64,000 nt of DNA from an uncultured Verrucomicrobiota bacterium (lineage in GTDB: Bacteria > Verrucomicrobiota > Kiritimatiellia > CAYTQP01 > CAYXEW01): assembly GCA_964464115.1 (NCBI GenBank), contig CAYXEW010000002.1, positions 488 through 64,487 of the forward strand, in the 5' to 3' direction. Shown here piece after piece: positions 44,010 to 53,950 of the stretch (positions are counted from its first letter, which is position 1; the number at the start of each line of letters is the position of its first letter). The translations under genes and the position numbers were made by a program. The notes beneath the pieces are model-generated. The model did not search any database. It saw only the letters and a list, made by a program, of their open reading frames with translations, and was not told the origin of the DNA.

Positions 44010-44085
44010 TGGAGCCCACGAGCGGGATTGAACCGCTGACCTCATCCTTACCAAGGATGTGCTCTACCAACTGAGCTACATGGGC
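44010..44085 (-). tRNA. tRNA-Thr (anticodon GGT)
   Basis: Manual fold: acceptor GCCCATG/CGTGGGC, anticodon loop CTTGGTAAG, T-loop GGTTCAATCC, encoded 3' CCA. The thrT-tuf arrangement is conserved. Confidence 0.85.
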
Positions 44086-44418
44086 TATTGTTCACCCGCC
44101 ACCATGTCAAATCTACTGCTGACAGCTCAACACATCCGCCAGGGCCATTTTTCGCCCGATTCATCACCGAGACCTTATCTATAGAAAAAACAACCCCACA
44201 ACTGCACTTCTGAAGTAATCAGATCAGCAAGTCCTGGAGATGATGCGTATTGTTCTATAAATGCTCTGTTAACAACCCTATCACTACCGGCGGACGAATC
44301 TACATTTTCTATATTTTATGTCAACGGTTTTTTCGAAAATATTTTACTTTTTATAAATTTCCAATCCGTTAATAGTACATCGGTATCAACACAAGGCAAC
44401 AACCGAACGGAGCACCGC

Positions 44419-44883
44419 ATGACATTATCGAAGAAGAGATACACTTTTAAACCGATCAGCGAGTACCAGTTCGCAACCGATCTGGCTGTTCACATATCTC
44501 ACATCAACTACGGACAGCATGTCGGCAACGACAGTATACTGGCGCTCGCTCACGAGGCTCGATGCCGCTGGCTTCACAGCCTGGGCCTGAGCGAAGTGGA
44601 TATTGGCAACGGGTGCGGCACCATCATGACAGAAGCACATATTCAATATGTCCGGCAGAGCCGCTGGCAGGATATACTGCGATGCTATCTGCTGGTGCCG
44701 GAAGTGAAAGGCATCCGCTACGATGTGCACTGCCGCATGGTCAACAGTAAAACGGGCGAGGATATAGCTCACGTCATAGCCGGCATCGCCTGCTTTGACT
44801 ACAAGGAGAACCGTTTAATCAAAGTGCCGGCCAGTTTTGCCGACACGTTGCACAATTTGCCAAAATCGACACTCTCTACTTGA
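44419..44883 (+). CDS. Hotdog-fold acyl-CoA thioesterase (4HBT/YbgC-like)
   Basis: 154 aa, 4HBT-like pattern. Confidence 0.6.
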   Translation: MTLSKKRYTFKPISEYQFATDLAVHISHINYGQHVGNDSILALAHEARCRWLHSLGLSEVDIGNGCGTIMTEAHIQYVRQSRWQDILRCYLLVPEVKGIRYDVHCRMVNSKTGEDIAHVIAGIACFDYKENRLIKVPASFADTLHNLPKSTLST

Positions 44884-45412
44884 TGCATTTCAGAATAGAG
44901 CGGAAGTCATCGCCTTCCGCCCTGCGCAACCATTCAAAGACGCAGGTCTCGAGACTGGTAATCACCGCTCCGGCCTGGCGCATTTTTTCAATGGCTATGT
45001 CTCGGTTAAAGGGCTTTCGGGATGTGACGGCATCGGCCGCAACCTGTACTTCATAGCCTCTATCGAGCAGCTCCAATACTGTTTGCTGAACGCAGACATG
45101 TGCCTCTATACCGCATACCACCACCTGGTTTCGCCCGGATGCTGTCAGCGCCCTGTTGAATTCGTCCGCCCCGCAACAGCTGAAGGAACTCTTGATAACC
45201 GGTTGTCCGTTCCCGACCTCTGCCTTCAACGAGGCTACCGTAGGTCCCAGTTTGTCCGGCAGCTGTTCTGTCACCACGATGGGGATGTGCAAGACGGCGG
45301 CCGATGTCAGCAAAGTGCAGAGCACATCCAGCAGCTGTTCGGACTCATGCATAACCCCGATCAGTTTTTCCTGCACATCCACCAATACCAGTATGCTGTC
45401 GTCACTGTTTAA
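44876..45412 (-). CDS. Isochorismatase-family cysteine hydrolase
   Basis: Core starts MLNSDDSILVLVDVQ with catalytic Cys in VVVCGIEAHVCV. The ORF extends upstream to 45493. Confidence 0.7.
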   Translation of the reverse strand, partial: LNSDDSILVLVDVQEKLIGVMHESEQLLDVLCTLLTSAAVLHIPIVVTEQLPDKLGPTVASLKAEVGNGQPVIKSSFSCCGADEFNRALTASGRNQVVVCGIEAHVCVQQTVLELLDRGYEVQVAADAVTSRKPFNRDIAIEKMRQAGAVITSLETCVFEWLRRAEGDDFRSILKCIK

Positions 45413-45473
45413 CATAATCTGACTCCTGTCACTCTGTCTATCCTGTTGTAAGTTCCGCTTCAACAAGTGTCCT

Positions 45474-46103
45474 TCAATCCAGCTTGTTGGCAATCTGAAT
45501 CTCGCACTTCAACTCCTGAAGGCTCGTGCTCAAGCGGGCGTGAACAACGGGAATATCGGGCGGCGTCACCAGGTGAGCACATGCTAGGTTGAGTAGCCCC
45601 TGAACGCCTGCTTTTATCAGCTTGTCGGCTACTTCCTGCGCGGCCTGGGCCGGCACGGCAATAATGCCGATCTCAATACACTGCCGTTTGACAAACGGAC
45701 GCAATTCGTGCATTCCCTGGACGCACATGGTGCCCACAGTCGTACCTTGAAGGCCGTCATCTGCATCAAAAATACCCCGTATTTCAAACCCTCGTGCGGA
45801 AAATTCTTTATTCATGGCAATTGCACATCCCAGATTTCCCGCCCCTATAATAATGACATGGGTCGCTTCGTCACCGCCGAGGACGTCGGTCAGGGCCGCT
45901 TCCAGCTTAGCGGCCTCATAACCTCTTTTTGAAATTCCTGAAAAAGAGAGGTAGGAAAGATCCTGCCGTACAGTTGAGCTGGTAAATCCCAGTGCTTCCG
46001 CCATATCGTGCGAGGAAATCCACTCAACACCCTCCTGAATCATTTCCTGAACGCGTATCAAATATACGGGTAATCTTCGAATGACGGGCTTTGGTATCTG
46101 CAT
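45474..46103 (-). CDS. rex: Redox-sensing transcriptional repressor Rex
   Basis: N-terminal winged helix plus Rossmann GAGNLG NADH-binding domain, 209 aa. Confidence 0.85.
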   Translation of the reverse strand: MQIPKPVIRRLPVYLIRVQEMIQEGVEWISSHDMAEALGFTSSTVRQDLSYLSFSGISKRGYEAAKLEAALTDVLGGDEATHVIIIGAGNLGCAIAMNKEFSARGFEIRGIFDADDGLQGTTVGTMCVQGMHELRPFVKRQCIEIGIIAVPAQAAQEVADKLIKAGVQGLLNLACAHLVTPPDIPVVHARLSTSLQELKCEIQIANKLD

Positions 46104-46149
46104 GGCAACGCGACCATACTATGCTCCGCCTCTAATAAAAAACTATTTA

Positions 46150-46167
46150 TTGTGAATTATTTAACAA
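46150..46167. promoter_or_regulatory. Rex operator TTGTGAA-ttat-TTAACAA in the rex/ackA divergent intergenic region
   Basis: Matches the Rex box consensus TTGTGAAnnnnTTCACAA with one substitution. 47 bp upstream of the rex start and about 200 bp upstream of ackA. Confidence 0.6.
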
Positions 46168-46370
46168 ATACAGCGGAGCTATTGTTCGCACTATTGTAAA
46201 TGAGCTGCCATTGCAGCCTTACAGACCGCGATAAAATCAATTTTATGGAATAGACATTTCGTTCTGTTTAATACAAGATGCCGACTCGATAGCGTCGAGA
46301 GAGCATACAGATAAGAACCGATTCGCTGGGGCATACAATTACGTACAGGAAGAACAGGTAACGCATTCGC

Positions 46371-47555
46371 ATGAAAATATTGATCATTAACGCGGGCAGT
46401 TCATCAGCAAAGTTCACCTTGTACGAAGAGGAATCTCTTTTAGCCAAAGGTCTCATTGAAAGGCTGGGAACGCCTGAAGCGCGGCTCAAGTACTCCAACA
46501 ACCGGAACCAGAAAATCGAAAAGAGCGTAACAGCCAACTCTTTTGAGGCCGCTATACGCCATGCCTGTCTCGCCTTGGACGATAAGGAAACAGGCGTCAT
46601 TGAAAAACTGACCGATATCGATGCCATTGGCCACCGCGTTGTGCACGGGGGTGACGCCATATCTTCCTCAGCCCGTATCACCCCGGGAATCAAACAGATC
46701 ATCCGTGACAACTTTTCTCTGGCACCGCTCCATAACCCGCCCAACATGGAAGGCATCGAAGCCTGTGAGGCTCTCTTTCCCAATACGCCCATGGTAGCCG
46801 TCTTTGACACAGCCTTCCACCAGTCGATGCCCGCGGCCGCCTATACGTATGCCCTGCCCGCAGAACTTGCCGAGAAACACAAGATCAGACGATATGGTTT
46901 TCACGGGACATCGCATCACTACGTTACCATCCAGGCGGCGAACTTACTGGGCCGACGAGTTGATGAAGTAAAACTGATCACCACCCATCTGGGCAACGGG
47001 TGCAGCATTACCGCTGTTAATAAAGGTAATGTGGAGGACACCAGTATGGGGCTGACACCGCTGGAAGGACTGGTTATGGGAACGCGAAGCGGCGATATCG
47101 ATCCGGGTGTCGTACTGTTTCTCCTGCGCTTGGGATACAGCACAGATGACGTGGATAAGCTGCTGAATAAATCCAGCGGCATTAAAGGTGTAGCCCGCAA
47201 TGGCAGCTCCGATATGCGCGATCTGATCGATTCCGTGGAACAGGGAGATAAACAGGCCCAGCTCGCTTTTGATATACTGCTCCATCGACTGGTTAAGTAT
47301 ATTGGGGCTTACGCCGCCGTCTTGAACGGTTTTGATGCGCTGGTTTTCACGGCCGGAATCGGTGAGAATTGTTCAAAACTGAGAGCATCAGTCTGTAATC
47401 GGCTAGGCTGCTTGGGTATCACTCTGGACCCCGCGAAGAATAAAGCGAATGAACACATCATTTCGAAGGAATCCTCCAGCCCTATTGTAATGGCTGTTCC
47501 CACTAATGAGGAACTGATGATTGCCAGAGAAACGATGAGAGTCCTTGAGGCTTAA
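46371..47555 (+). CDS. ackA: Acetate kinase
   Basis: 394 aa with ASKHA fold motifs. Confidence 0.95.
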   Translation: MKILIINAGSSSAKFTLYEEESLLAKGLIERLGTPEARLKYSNNRNQKIEKSVTANSFEAAIRHACLALDDKETGVIEKLTDIDAIGHRVVHGGDAISSSARITPGIKQIIRDNFSLAPLHNPPNMEGIEACEALFPNTPMVAVFDTAFHQSMPAAAYTYALPAELAEKHKIRRYGFHGTSHHYVTIQAANLLGRRVDEVKLITTHLGNGCSITAVNKGNVEDTSMGLTPLEGLVMGTRSGDIDPGVVLFLLRLGYSTDDVDKLLNKSSGIKGVARNGSSDMRDLIDSVEQGDKQAQLAFDILLHRLVKYIGAYAAVLNGFDALVFTAGIGENCSKLRASVCNRLGCLGITLDPAKNKANEHIISKESSSPIVMAVPTNEELMIARETMRVLEA

Positions 47556-47579
47556 CGTAATATAGAAAGGTAGTGCCGT

Positions 47580-48584
47580 ATGAGTTTATTGGATGACATG
47601 ATCCCCAAAGCACAGCAGGCAGGAAAAACGATCGTACTCCCTGAAGGCCATGATCCCCGCATTATCGATGCTGCGAAACAAATCGCTGAAAAAATGATCG
47701 CAAAAGTCATCGTGTTAGCCGATGCCGATGAGCTGAACGACATAGATAGTTCGATACAGTCGGATCACCTATGCATTTGGAATTATAAAACATCAGAACA
47801 CCGGGAACAGCTCGGGGAAGCTTTTCAGGTTGTGCGCGTGCATAAAGGTATTACCCGCGAGCAGGCTATGGAAGCGATGGATGATCGCCTTTATTTTGCC
47901 AATATGATGATACGAAATGGACTGGCTGATGGTTTAGTTGCGGGCAGTATTGCATCCACTGCTGATATGCTCAGAGCTTCTTTTCAGTGCATTGGTACTG
48001 CTGATGGCATCAACATTGCCAGCAGTTCATTTCTGATGGAACTGGCCTCCCCCTCGCCTGCAGGCGATCGGGTTCTCGCCTTCGCAGACTGTGCCGTCAA
48101 CCCGAATCCTTCCGCAGATGAATTAGTTGATATCGCTCTGTCAACGGCACAGACACACACGGCATTGGTCGGAACGCAGCCCAGAGTCGCCTTTCTTTCT
48201 TTCTCCAGCCGCGGCAGTGCCAAACATGAGCTGGTAGAGAAAGTCCAAACGGCTACCGCTAAAGCAAAGGAAACTGTCGCTGCAAAGGGCCTGGATATGC
48301 TGATTGACGGTGAGCTTCAACTCGATGCTGCCATTGTCCCTAAGGTGGCGGCCAAGAAATGTGCTGACAGTCCGCTCAAAGGCGCCGCCAATATTCTCAT
48401 CTTTCCGGATCTTCAGGCCGGCAATATTGGTTATAAACTGACAGAGCGACTGGCCGGCGCCAAAGCTCTCGGGCCGGTACTCCAAGGGTTGGCGAAGCCG
48501 GTAAATGATTTATCGCGTGGTTGCAGCGTTGACGACATCATAGGTGTTGCCGTCATCACCGCCTGCCAAGCCGCAGTGGAATAA
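47580..48584 (+). CDS. pta: Phosphate acetyltransferase (short form, PTA_PTB domain only)
   Basis: 334 aa, 24 nt after ackA. Confidence 0.9.
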   Translation: MSLLDDMIPKAQQAGKTIVLPEGHDPRIIDAAKQIAEKMIAKVIVLADADELNDIDSSIQSDHLCIWNYKTSEHREQLGEAFQVVRVHKGITREQAMEAMDDRLYFANMMIRNGLADGLVAGSIASTADMLRASFQCIGTADGINIASSSFLMELASPSPAGDRVLAFADCAVNPNPSADELVDIALSTAQTHTALVGTQPRVAFLSFSSRGSAKHELVEKVQTATAKAKETVAAKGLDMLIDGELQLDAAIVPKVAAKKCADSPLKGAANILIFPDLQAGNIGYKLTERLAGAKALGPVLQGLAKPVNDLSRGCSVDDIIGVAVITACQAAVE

Positions 48585-48624
48585 GCAAACTGGATATCAG
48601 CTTGTACAATCGTTCAGCAAAGCA

Positions 48625-49650
48625 TTACCCAAGCAGTGCTTTGACACGGGCTACTTCGGCTTCAGCATCCCCCAGCAGTTCTTCAAAGATTTCCTGCATG
48701 GGCTTGATTTCTTCACAGAGACCGACGCTTTGGCCAGCCATCAGGGAGCCGCTTTCCGTATCGCCATCCTGAACCGCTTTTCGCAAGCTTCCCATCCAAA
48801 ATTCTTCTACTTTAAGCTGAGCCTCATCGCGTTTAACTTTTTCCTGATCCAGCTGCTTCATAAGGTCGAGCTGCAGAGCTCGAAACTCTTCCATGCCCTT
48901 GTTATTCAGAGCCCGCACCGCAACAACGGGCAGGCGGCGGCGGTCATAGGCCGGGGTTTCCATCGCCTCGCGGGCACGGGCTTTGCGGAATGCTTCTTTA
49001 AACTTCGGATGGGCGCTGCACTCTTCGCTCATAACAAAACGGGTACCCATTTGAACACCCGACGCCCCCATCAGAAACAGATGGGCCGCCATCTTGCCCG
49101 TCGCTATACCGCCGGCCGTAAAAACAGGCACGCCGGGATTTTGGAAGAGCACCTGCTGCAGCAGAATCGTAAGCGAAACATGACCGATATGCCCACCGGC
49201 CTCGAAACCTTCCAAGATTAAGGCATCCACACCAAACCGTATTTGCTGCTGGGCAATGGACATCGTTGAAGCAAATGAAATTGTACGTTTTCCGACCTCC
49301 TTCATCTCCTGGACATCGCGCTTGTGGGGAAAATTTCCAGCAAATATTACCGTGGGGACCTTTTTCTTTTTTACCACCTCCAAGTGGTCTTTAAAAGCCG
49401 GAGCGATGGTGATCAGATTTACCGCATATGGGTGCTCGAGCATCTCGTCGCATTTGTCGAGTTCCTGTTCCAGTAATTCCGGCGGCATATTGCCTGCAGC
49501 CAGCACCCCGAAACCGCCGCAGTCATGAATGGCTTTTACCAGTGTCGAATCACTGATCCACGTCATTCCACCACTGATGATCGGGTAGCGAACACCCAGA
49601 AATTCTTTTCCACGTGCCCAAATTTTCTCAAGCATATCTGTCTTTATCAT
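48625..49650 (-). CDS. Nitronate monooxygenase family FMN enzyme (FabK-like enoyl-ACP reductase II / NMO)
   Basis: TIM-barrel NMO pattern. Lies downstream of serA on the same strand. Confidence 0.65.
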   Translation of the reverse strand: MIKTDMLEKIWARGKEFLGVRYPIISGGMTWISDSTLVKAIHDCGGFGVLAAGNMPPELLEQELDKCDEMLEHPYAVNLITIAPAFKDHLEVVKKKKVPTVIFAGNFPHKRDVQEMKEVGKRTISFASTMSIAQQQIRFGVDALILEGFEAGGHIGHVSLTILLQQVLFQNPGVPVFTAGGIATGKMAAHLFLMGASGVQMGTRFVMSEECSAHPKFKEAFRKARAREAMETPAYDRRRLPVVAVRALNNKGMEEFRALQLDLMKQLDQEKVKRDEAQLKVEEFWMGSLRKAVQDGDTESGSLMAGQSVGLCEEIKPMQEIFEELLGDAEAEVARVKALLG

Positions 49651-49751
49651 TCGTGTACCCTCAGTAGCATCTTCCCGTTTATACCTCTACATAGTTTGGA
49701 ACGGACTGCACCGCGTCAACAGCGTAACATCAATTTCCAACACTTCAAACG

Positions 49752-51329
49752 TTAAAGCGTAACACAGAATGCAGCTTCTGCATCGATTTGCGCTGTGATT
49801 TTTTTAATGGTCTCGTCATCTACTACTTTGTTGACCTTCAGAATGGCGATCGACTTTGACCCTTTGGAATCGTGCGGGTTACGCACATCGTCAATATTGA
49901 TGTCGGCCGCGGCGAGGCCGGTGGCCACCTGACTCAAGACGCCGGGCCGATCCCGATAGATGAATACACAGGTAATACCTTTGGGATCAAAATACAGTTT
50001 ATCAAAGTCATCGATGCGGGAAACCATCATGGTACCTTCCGCCACTGTTCCACGGACACTGCATCGCCGCAGATTGCCAGCATCCCTGCTGGCGGTGAGG
50101 TCGATGGTGATGGAATTGTCAAAACCTTTGGTGTCATCCACTCGGCGATCCTCGTAATCAATACCCATATCCTGCAAGAAAGTCAGTGCGGCATCGCGAT
50201 CCATGGAGCGGTCAAATTCTTCGCTCAAAGCGGCCACGGTAGGAATAATCAACCATTCGGAAAAAGGTTTCAAATAGCCGTAAAAACTGGTTTCAATGAG
50301 TTTTAATTGCGCATCCTTTCCCACCATGGAGCGAGCCAGGCGGGCCAGCGTATAAGCCAGATCAGCAAATGATTCATCCAAACCTTCCGGTATATCGCGG
50401 TTGACAATATAGGAAGTGACACCCTTTTCATCAAACTCAATGAGCTGTTCGGCGGCGCGGCGGGCAGCGTTCAGGTTTGCCTCAGCAGTGCTGGCACCCA
50501 GGTGGGGCAGCATTAAATCGGCCACGGCCGCGACGGATTTTTCACCCTCTTCATCTTTCGGATAAACATCATTTAAATAATGAACATGCTTTTCCTCTTT
50601 GACTTTTTGAAGATCCGCTTCGTTAATAATCCCCGCACGGGCGCAATTCACAAGCGTCGCATTTTCTTTCATAAGAGAGAGTAAATCATAGTTGATCATT
50701 CCGCGAGTCTCATCATTTTCCGGAATATGCAGCGATATGTAATCGCATTGCTCAAAAAGAGTGCTCATGTCGGCCAATTCGATACCCAGCTCCCGAGCGC
50801 GGTCTTCTGCAATAAACGGGTCATACCCCATCAGGCGCATTTCGAAACCAGCCAGTCGTTTGGCCACCAACCGTCCAATAAAACCGAGACCGACGATGCC
50901 CATTGTTTTTCCGGTCACCTCTTTACCCATAAAGTTTTTCTTTTCCCATTTGCCGGACCGCACCGATGGGTCTGCCTTTACAATATGGCGCGCATCAGCA
51001 AGCATCATCGCAATGACTTCTTCCGCCACCGCATTAGAATTGGCACCCGGCGTATTCATCACATCAATGCTGTGGGAACGGGCATACGTAGTATCGATGG
51101 TATTATAGCCGGCACCGGCGCGAATCACGACCTTGAGCTGGGGCAACAAATCCATCACTTCCGGTGTTACCTTTTCACTGCGCACGATCAAGGCATAAGC
51201 ATCCGTATGCTCTTTAGCCAACGAAACAATATCGGCACCCTCATCCTGAATAACCAGATAGAGACCGCTCTTTTCTAAAAGCTGCTTAGCAATGCCGTTA
51301 AGTTTAGTGGGTATCAATACTTTCTTCAT
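49752..51329 (-). CDS. serA: D-3-phosphoglycerate dehydrogenase (with C-terminal ASB/ACT regulatory domains)
   Basis: 525 aa with GxGxxG NAD site and catalytic R/H/E. Confidence 0.85.
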   Translation of the reverse strand: MKKVLIPTKLNGIAKQLLEKSGLYLVIQDEGADIVSLAKEHTDAYALIVRSEKVTPEVMDLLPQLKVVIRAGAGYNTIDTTYARSHSIDVMNTPGANSNAVAEEVIAMMLADARHIVKADPSVRSGKWEKKNFMGKEVTGKTMGIVGLGFIGRLVAKRLAGFEMRLMGYDPFIAEDRARELGIELADMSTLFEQCDYISLHIPENDETRGMINYDLLSLMKENATLVNCARAGIINEADLQKVKEEKHVHYLNDVYPKDEEGEKSVAAVADLMLPHLGASTAEANLNAARRAAEQLIEFDEKGVTSYIVNRDIPEGLDESFADLAYTLARLARSMVGKDAQLKLIETSFYGYLKPFSEWLIIPTVAALSEEFDRSMDRDAALTFLQDMGIDYEDRRVDDTKGFDNSITIDLTASRDAGNLRRCSVRGTVAEGTMMVSRIDDFDKLYFDPKGITCVFIYRDRPGVLSQVATGLAAADINIDDVRNPHDSKGSKSIAILKVNKVVDDETIKKITAQIDAEAAFCVTL

Positions 51330-52055
51330 TCAATTCTCCGATTTTTCGCTCACATTAACCTGAAACGGGTGGACATTAGCAAACCTGATTCAGAAAGGCA
51401 AGTTTCCCTTGAACATCACACCATTGGATTTTCAGCAACGTACCACTGGAAATCGACCGAAGCCTCTATCAGCAGTCCAAAGCTCTAAATACGGTGATGT
51501 TTGCAGAGTGCAGCAATCCTGGCGTCATAAATCCTGGCGCCGAGCACCTAACCTTGATTAACGGTATTCATGAAACAATCCCAATAGCCGGTTCCTTGTA
51601 GAATTTCGTGGAAGATGAAAAATAGAGACGGTTAATGGAAAGGTCCATTGATGCGGCAACTAAATGAATCATGAGTAATCTGGGCATACTCAGCTATTCG
51701 TGGCCCCCGCAGGGATTTTCTTGCCGAAATCTGGTTTTCGGCAAGTGTCTGCACAGCAGCGAATGGTGTCTGTTCCCGTCCGCGGGAACCGGTCAATCGG
51801 ATCGCTCCGAAGTCTCGAGAGCGCTCCGTGGGGTCGGAGCGCGATATTGCGTCGAATGTTTTGCTTTCAGGGGGCGAGCGTTTTCTAGGTGCAACATTCA
51901 TTGCTCATTGCTGTTCATCATATACCATTCGTTATGGCGTTTTTTATGAATAATGCAGACTACGTATTACTTGCAGTAAAGCCATCGCTGCGGGATGGCT
52001 TAGTTGGCTTAATTATCCACCTCGGAGCGGTGGATATACGTATCTGAACGCGTCA

Positions 52056-53015
52056 TTACGGGAGTGTGACAGCAACCAATTTTGCTCTGACAAATCCAAG
52101 CATCAGGTCATAATCTGCCTGTAGGGGCAGAAGGTGCCACGGGTGCTTCCAGGGCAGGATATCAACTCTCTTTTCCGCCTCAATATACCGCTCAACATTG
52201 ATCACCGCCGCGACCAGGTGCTCCAGTTTTGACTTCTCCGGCAGCGTCGCCTTCGGCATCGCTCTGCACTGTACGGCCTTCCATTCACGGCCCATTGCGT
52301 GCAGCTCAACAGGTTTAACGGTCAGCGTAAACGGATACAATACTCCGCCGATGTTCAGCTCAAGGCGGGGTGATTTTTCAGCGGTCCCTTCAGGCGGGGA
52401 AGCTGCGACACGGGCATCCAGGTAATCTAGCACAGGCTCTACATCCTGTCCGCGACTCAGGAAGTCCTTTGCCTCGGGCGGCTCGTCTTGTAACTCCTGT
52501 TTAACAGCGTCATACGCAAAGAATTCAGGGATTGAGTCATGGAGCAGAGCATAACTGCATGTTTTCCTCATACGCGTTTTTGTAAAAAACACCCTCACAT
52601 ATTCGTCTATTTTTTTGGCATAGAAGACAGTGCGCATATCGCTTTTATCGACGGCCGTTATAAGCCGGTCATCCATATGAACAAAATTCTCGTCTTCGAA
52701 ATCATCATGCCCTGATGTAAGCCTAACATCGACGAGATAGACAGGTGTATACTCCTGCTTCGGGTCATACTGCCAGAGTCCCTCCGCAATCTCGACTGTT
52801 GCCTGCCCCACGTGAAAGAGGCGCAGAAACAGAAATCGATAGTCAAATTTGTACTGGAGCGTCAATAGGGGTGTCTTTTCAGCTACGCGCGTCTCAAGAC
52901 TTCGGGTCACTCGGTTCGACCAATCTGTAAACGGGTCTGACGCGGCATGGAGATGCTGAAGACAGCAGCCACACAATACCGACAAGAAAGGTAATATATA
53001 CCGCATTTTCATCAA
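52056..53015 (-). CDS. Secreted hypothetical protein (DUF3108-like?), last gene of the envelope operon
   Basis: Signal peptide. Start overlaps the upstream gene's stop by 4 nt. Confidence 0.5.
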   Translation of the reverse strand: MMKMRYILPFLSVLCGCCLQHLHAASDPFTDWSNRVTRSLETRVAEKTPLLTLQYKFDYRFLFLRLFHVGQATVEIAEGLWQYDPKQEYTPVYLVDVRLTSGHDDFEDENFVHMDDRLITAVDKSDMRTVFYAKKIDEYVRVFFTKTRMRKTCSYALLHDSIPEFFAYDAVKQELQDEPPEAKDFLSRGQDVEPVLDYLDARVAASPPEGTAEKSPRLELNIGGVLYPFTLTVKPVELHAMGREWKAVQCRAMPKATLPEKSKLEHLVAAVINVERYIEAEKRVDILPWKHPWHLLPLQADYDLMLGFVRAKLVAVTLP

Positions 53016-53950
53016 AATCGATACTGCAGGTAAAGTCGCGTCTGGTGCCTTGGATCAGGCTTTAAAGACAGGTCGGCATCTACTGCCTGCAAGCTGAGTG
53101 ACAGCCTGTCTCGATTGTAACGATGGGCGGCATCTATGCCACCATATATACTGCCGGAGTACCAGGTAAGCTCAAAAAAGGTAATAACAGAGAAGGCACC
53201 CCACTGCTCCTCTTCGGCCGTACTGATCATCCCGTAGATAAAGATACCGTTTAGAATCATAGAGCGAATGCCATTGGCATATTCTCCGGAATAGAAATAG
53301 CCAAGACCGGGGATGAGCCCCAAAAGTCCCCCTACAGCCGGTTTCTTATCGCGTCCCTCACGGTATTGAATAATGGCATCACGGGCACGACGGCCGGCAG
53401 CTGATTCGGGCAAGGACTTCAAAGCCTTCTCCGTCTTTCCACTGCGCATGAAGGATCCTGCAGTCCTGAGAGCTATATATTGAGATAGCTCATCGGAGTC
53501 CGGCTCAACGCTTTCATAATAGAACCGGGCAGACTCATAATCGTTCAGCTCTAACGCTATATCCCCACGAAGCAGCATGGCGGCGTTTTCAATACTCACC
53601 GATGCATCTTCTGCACCATCGAGCATGGATTGAGCCCTACCATAATCTTTATCCATGTAATAGTTATAACCCGCCATCCACAAATACGAACTCTTACCTT
53701 CTTCATCAGTGGCATCGACGGCCATCCGGCGGAATTCCAGTGCAGATAAATTAAAATCACCTTCTTCCGACAGCGACCAGGCTAGCTCATTTTGACTGTC
53801 TGCCACGACCGAAATACTGCAACATATCCAAAACAAGGAGAGCAAAATATAACCCATAGCATGGTGAGAAGGCAGGGTTGTCGGGCACAGACAGCCACGA
53901 CGTTTTGAACCAATGCAAACTACCCGATTTCGCAAAAACTTATTCATCAT
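53012..53950 (-). CDS. Hypothetical envelope protein with TPR-like periplasmic region, hydrophobic Gly/Tyr-rich segment (GLLGLIPGLGYFYSG) and C-terminal ...LYLQYRF
   Basis: ATGA overlaps with both neighbours. Terminal aromatic residue is OMP-like. Confidence 0.5.
   Translation of the reverse strand: MMNKFLRNRVVCIGSKRRGCLCPTTLPSHHAMGYILLSLFWICCSISVVADSQNELAWSLSEEGDFNLSALEFRRMAVDATDEEGKSSYLWMAGYNYYMDKDYGRAQSMLDGAEDASVSIENAAMLLRGDIALELNDYESARFYYESVEPDSDELSQYIALRTAGSFMRSGKTEKALKSLPESAAGRRARDAIIQYREGRDKKPAVGGLLGLIPGLGYFYSGEYANGIRSMILNGIFIYGMISTAEEEQWGAFSVITFFELTWYSGSIYGGIDAAHRYNRDRLSLSLQAVDADLSLKPDPRHQTRLYLQYRF

Noticed and set aside
44100-44418. Possible additional tRNA genes upstream of tRNA-Thr (as in the E. 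coli thrU-tyrU-glyT-thrT array)
   Set aside because: No cloverleaf-compatible acceptor/T-arm pairs were found by eye. The region looks like an AT-rich promoter or leader.
51632-51949. Three small overlapping ORFs (62-92 aa) in the serA upstream gap
   Set aside because: They are mutually overlapping on both strands, lack SD sites, and are rich in Arg/Ser/Gly from GC-rich structured DNA. The region is better explained as structured non-coding RNA or regulatory DNA (see findings).
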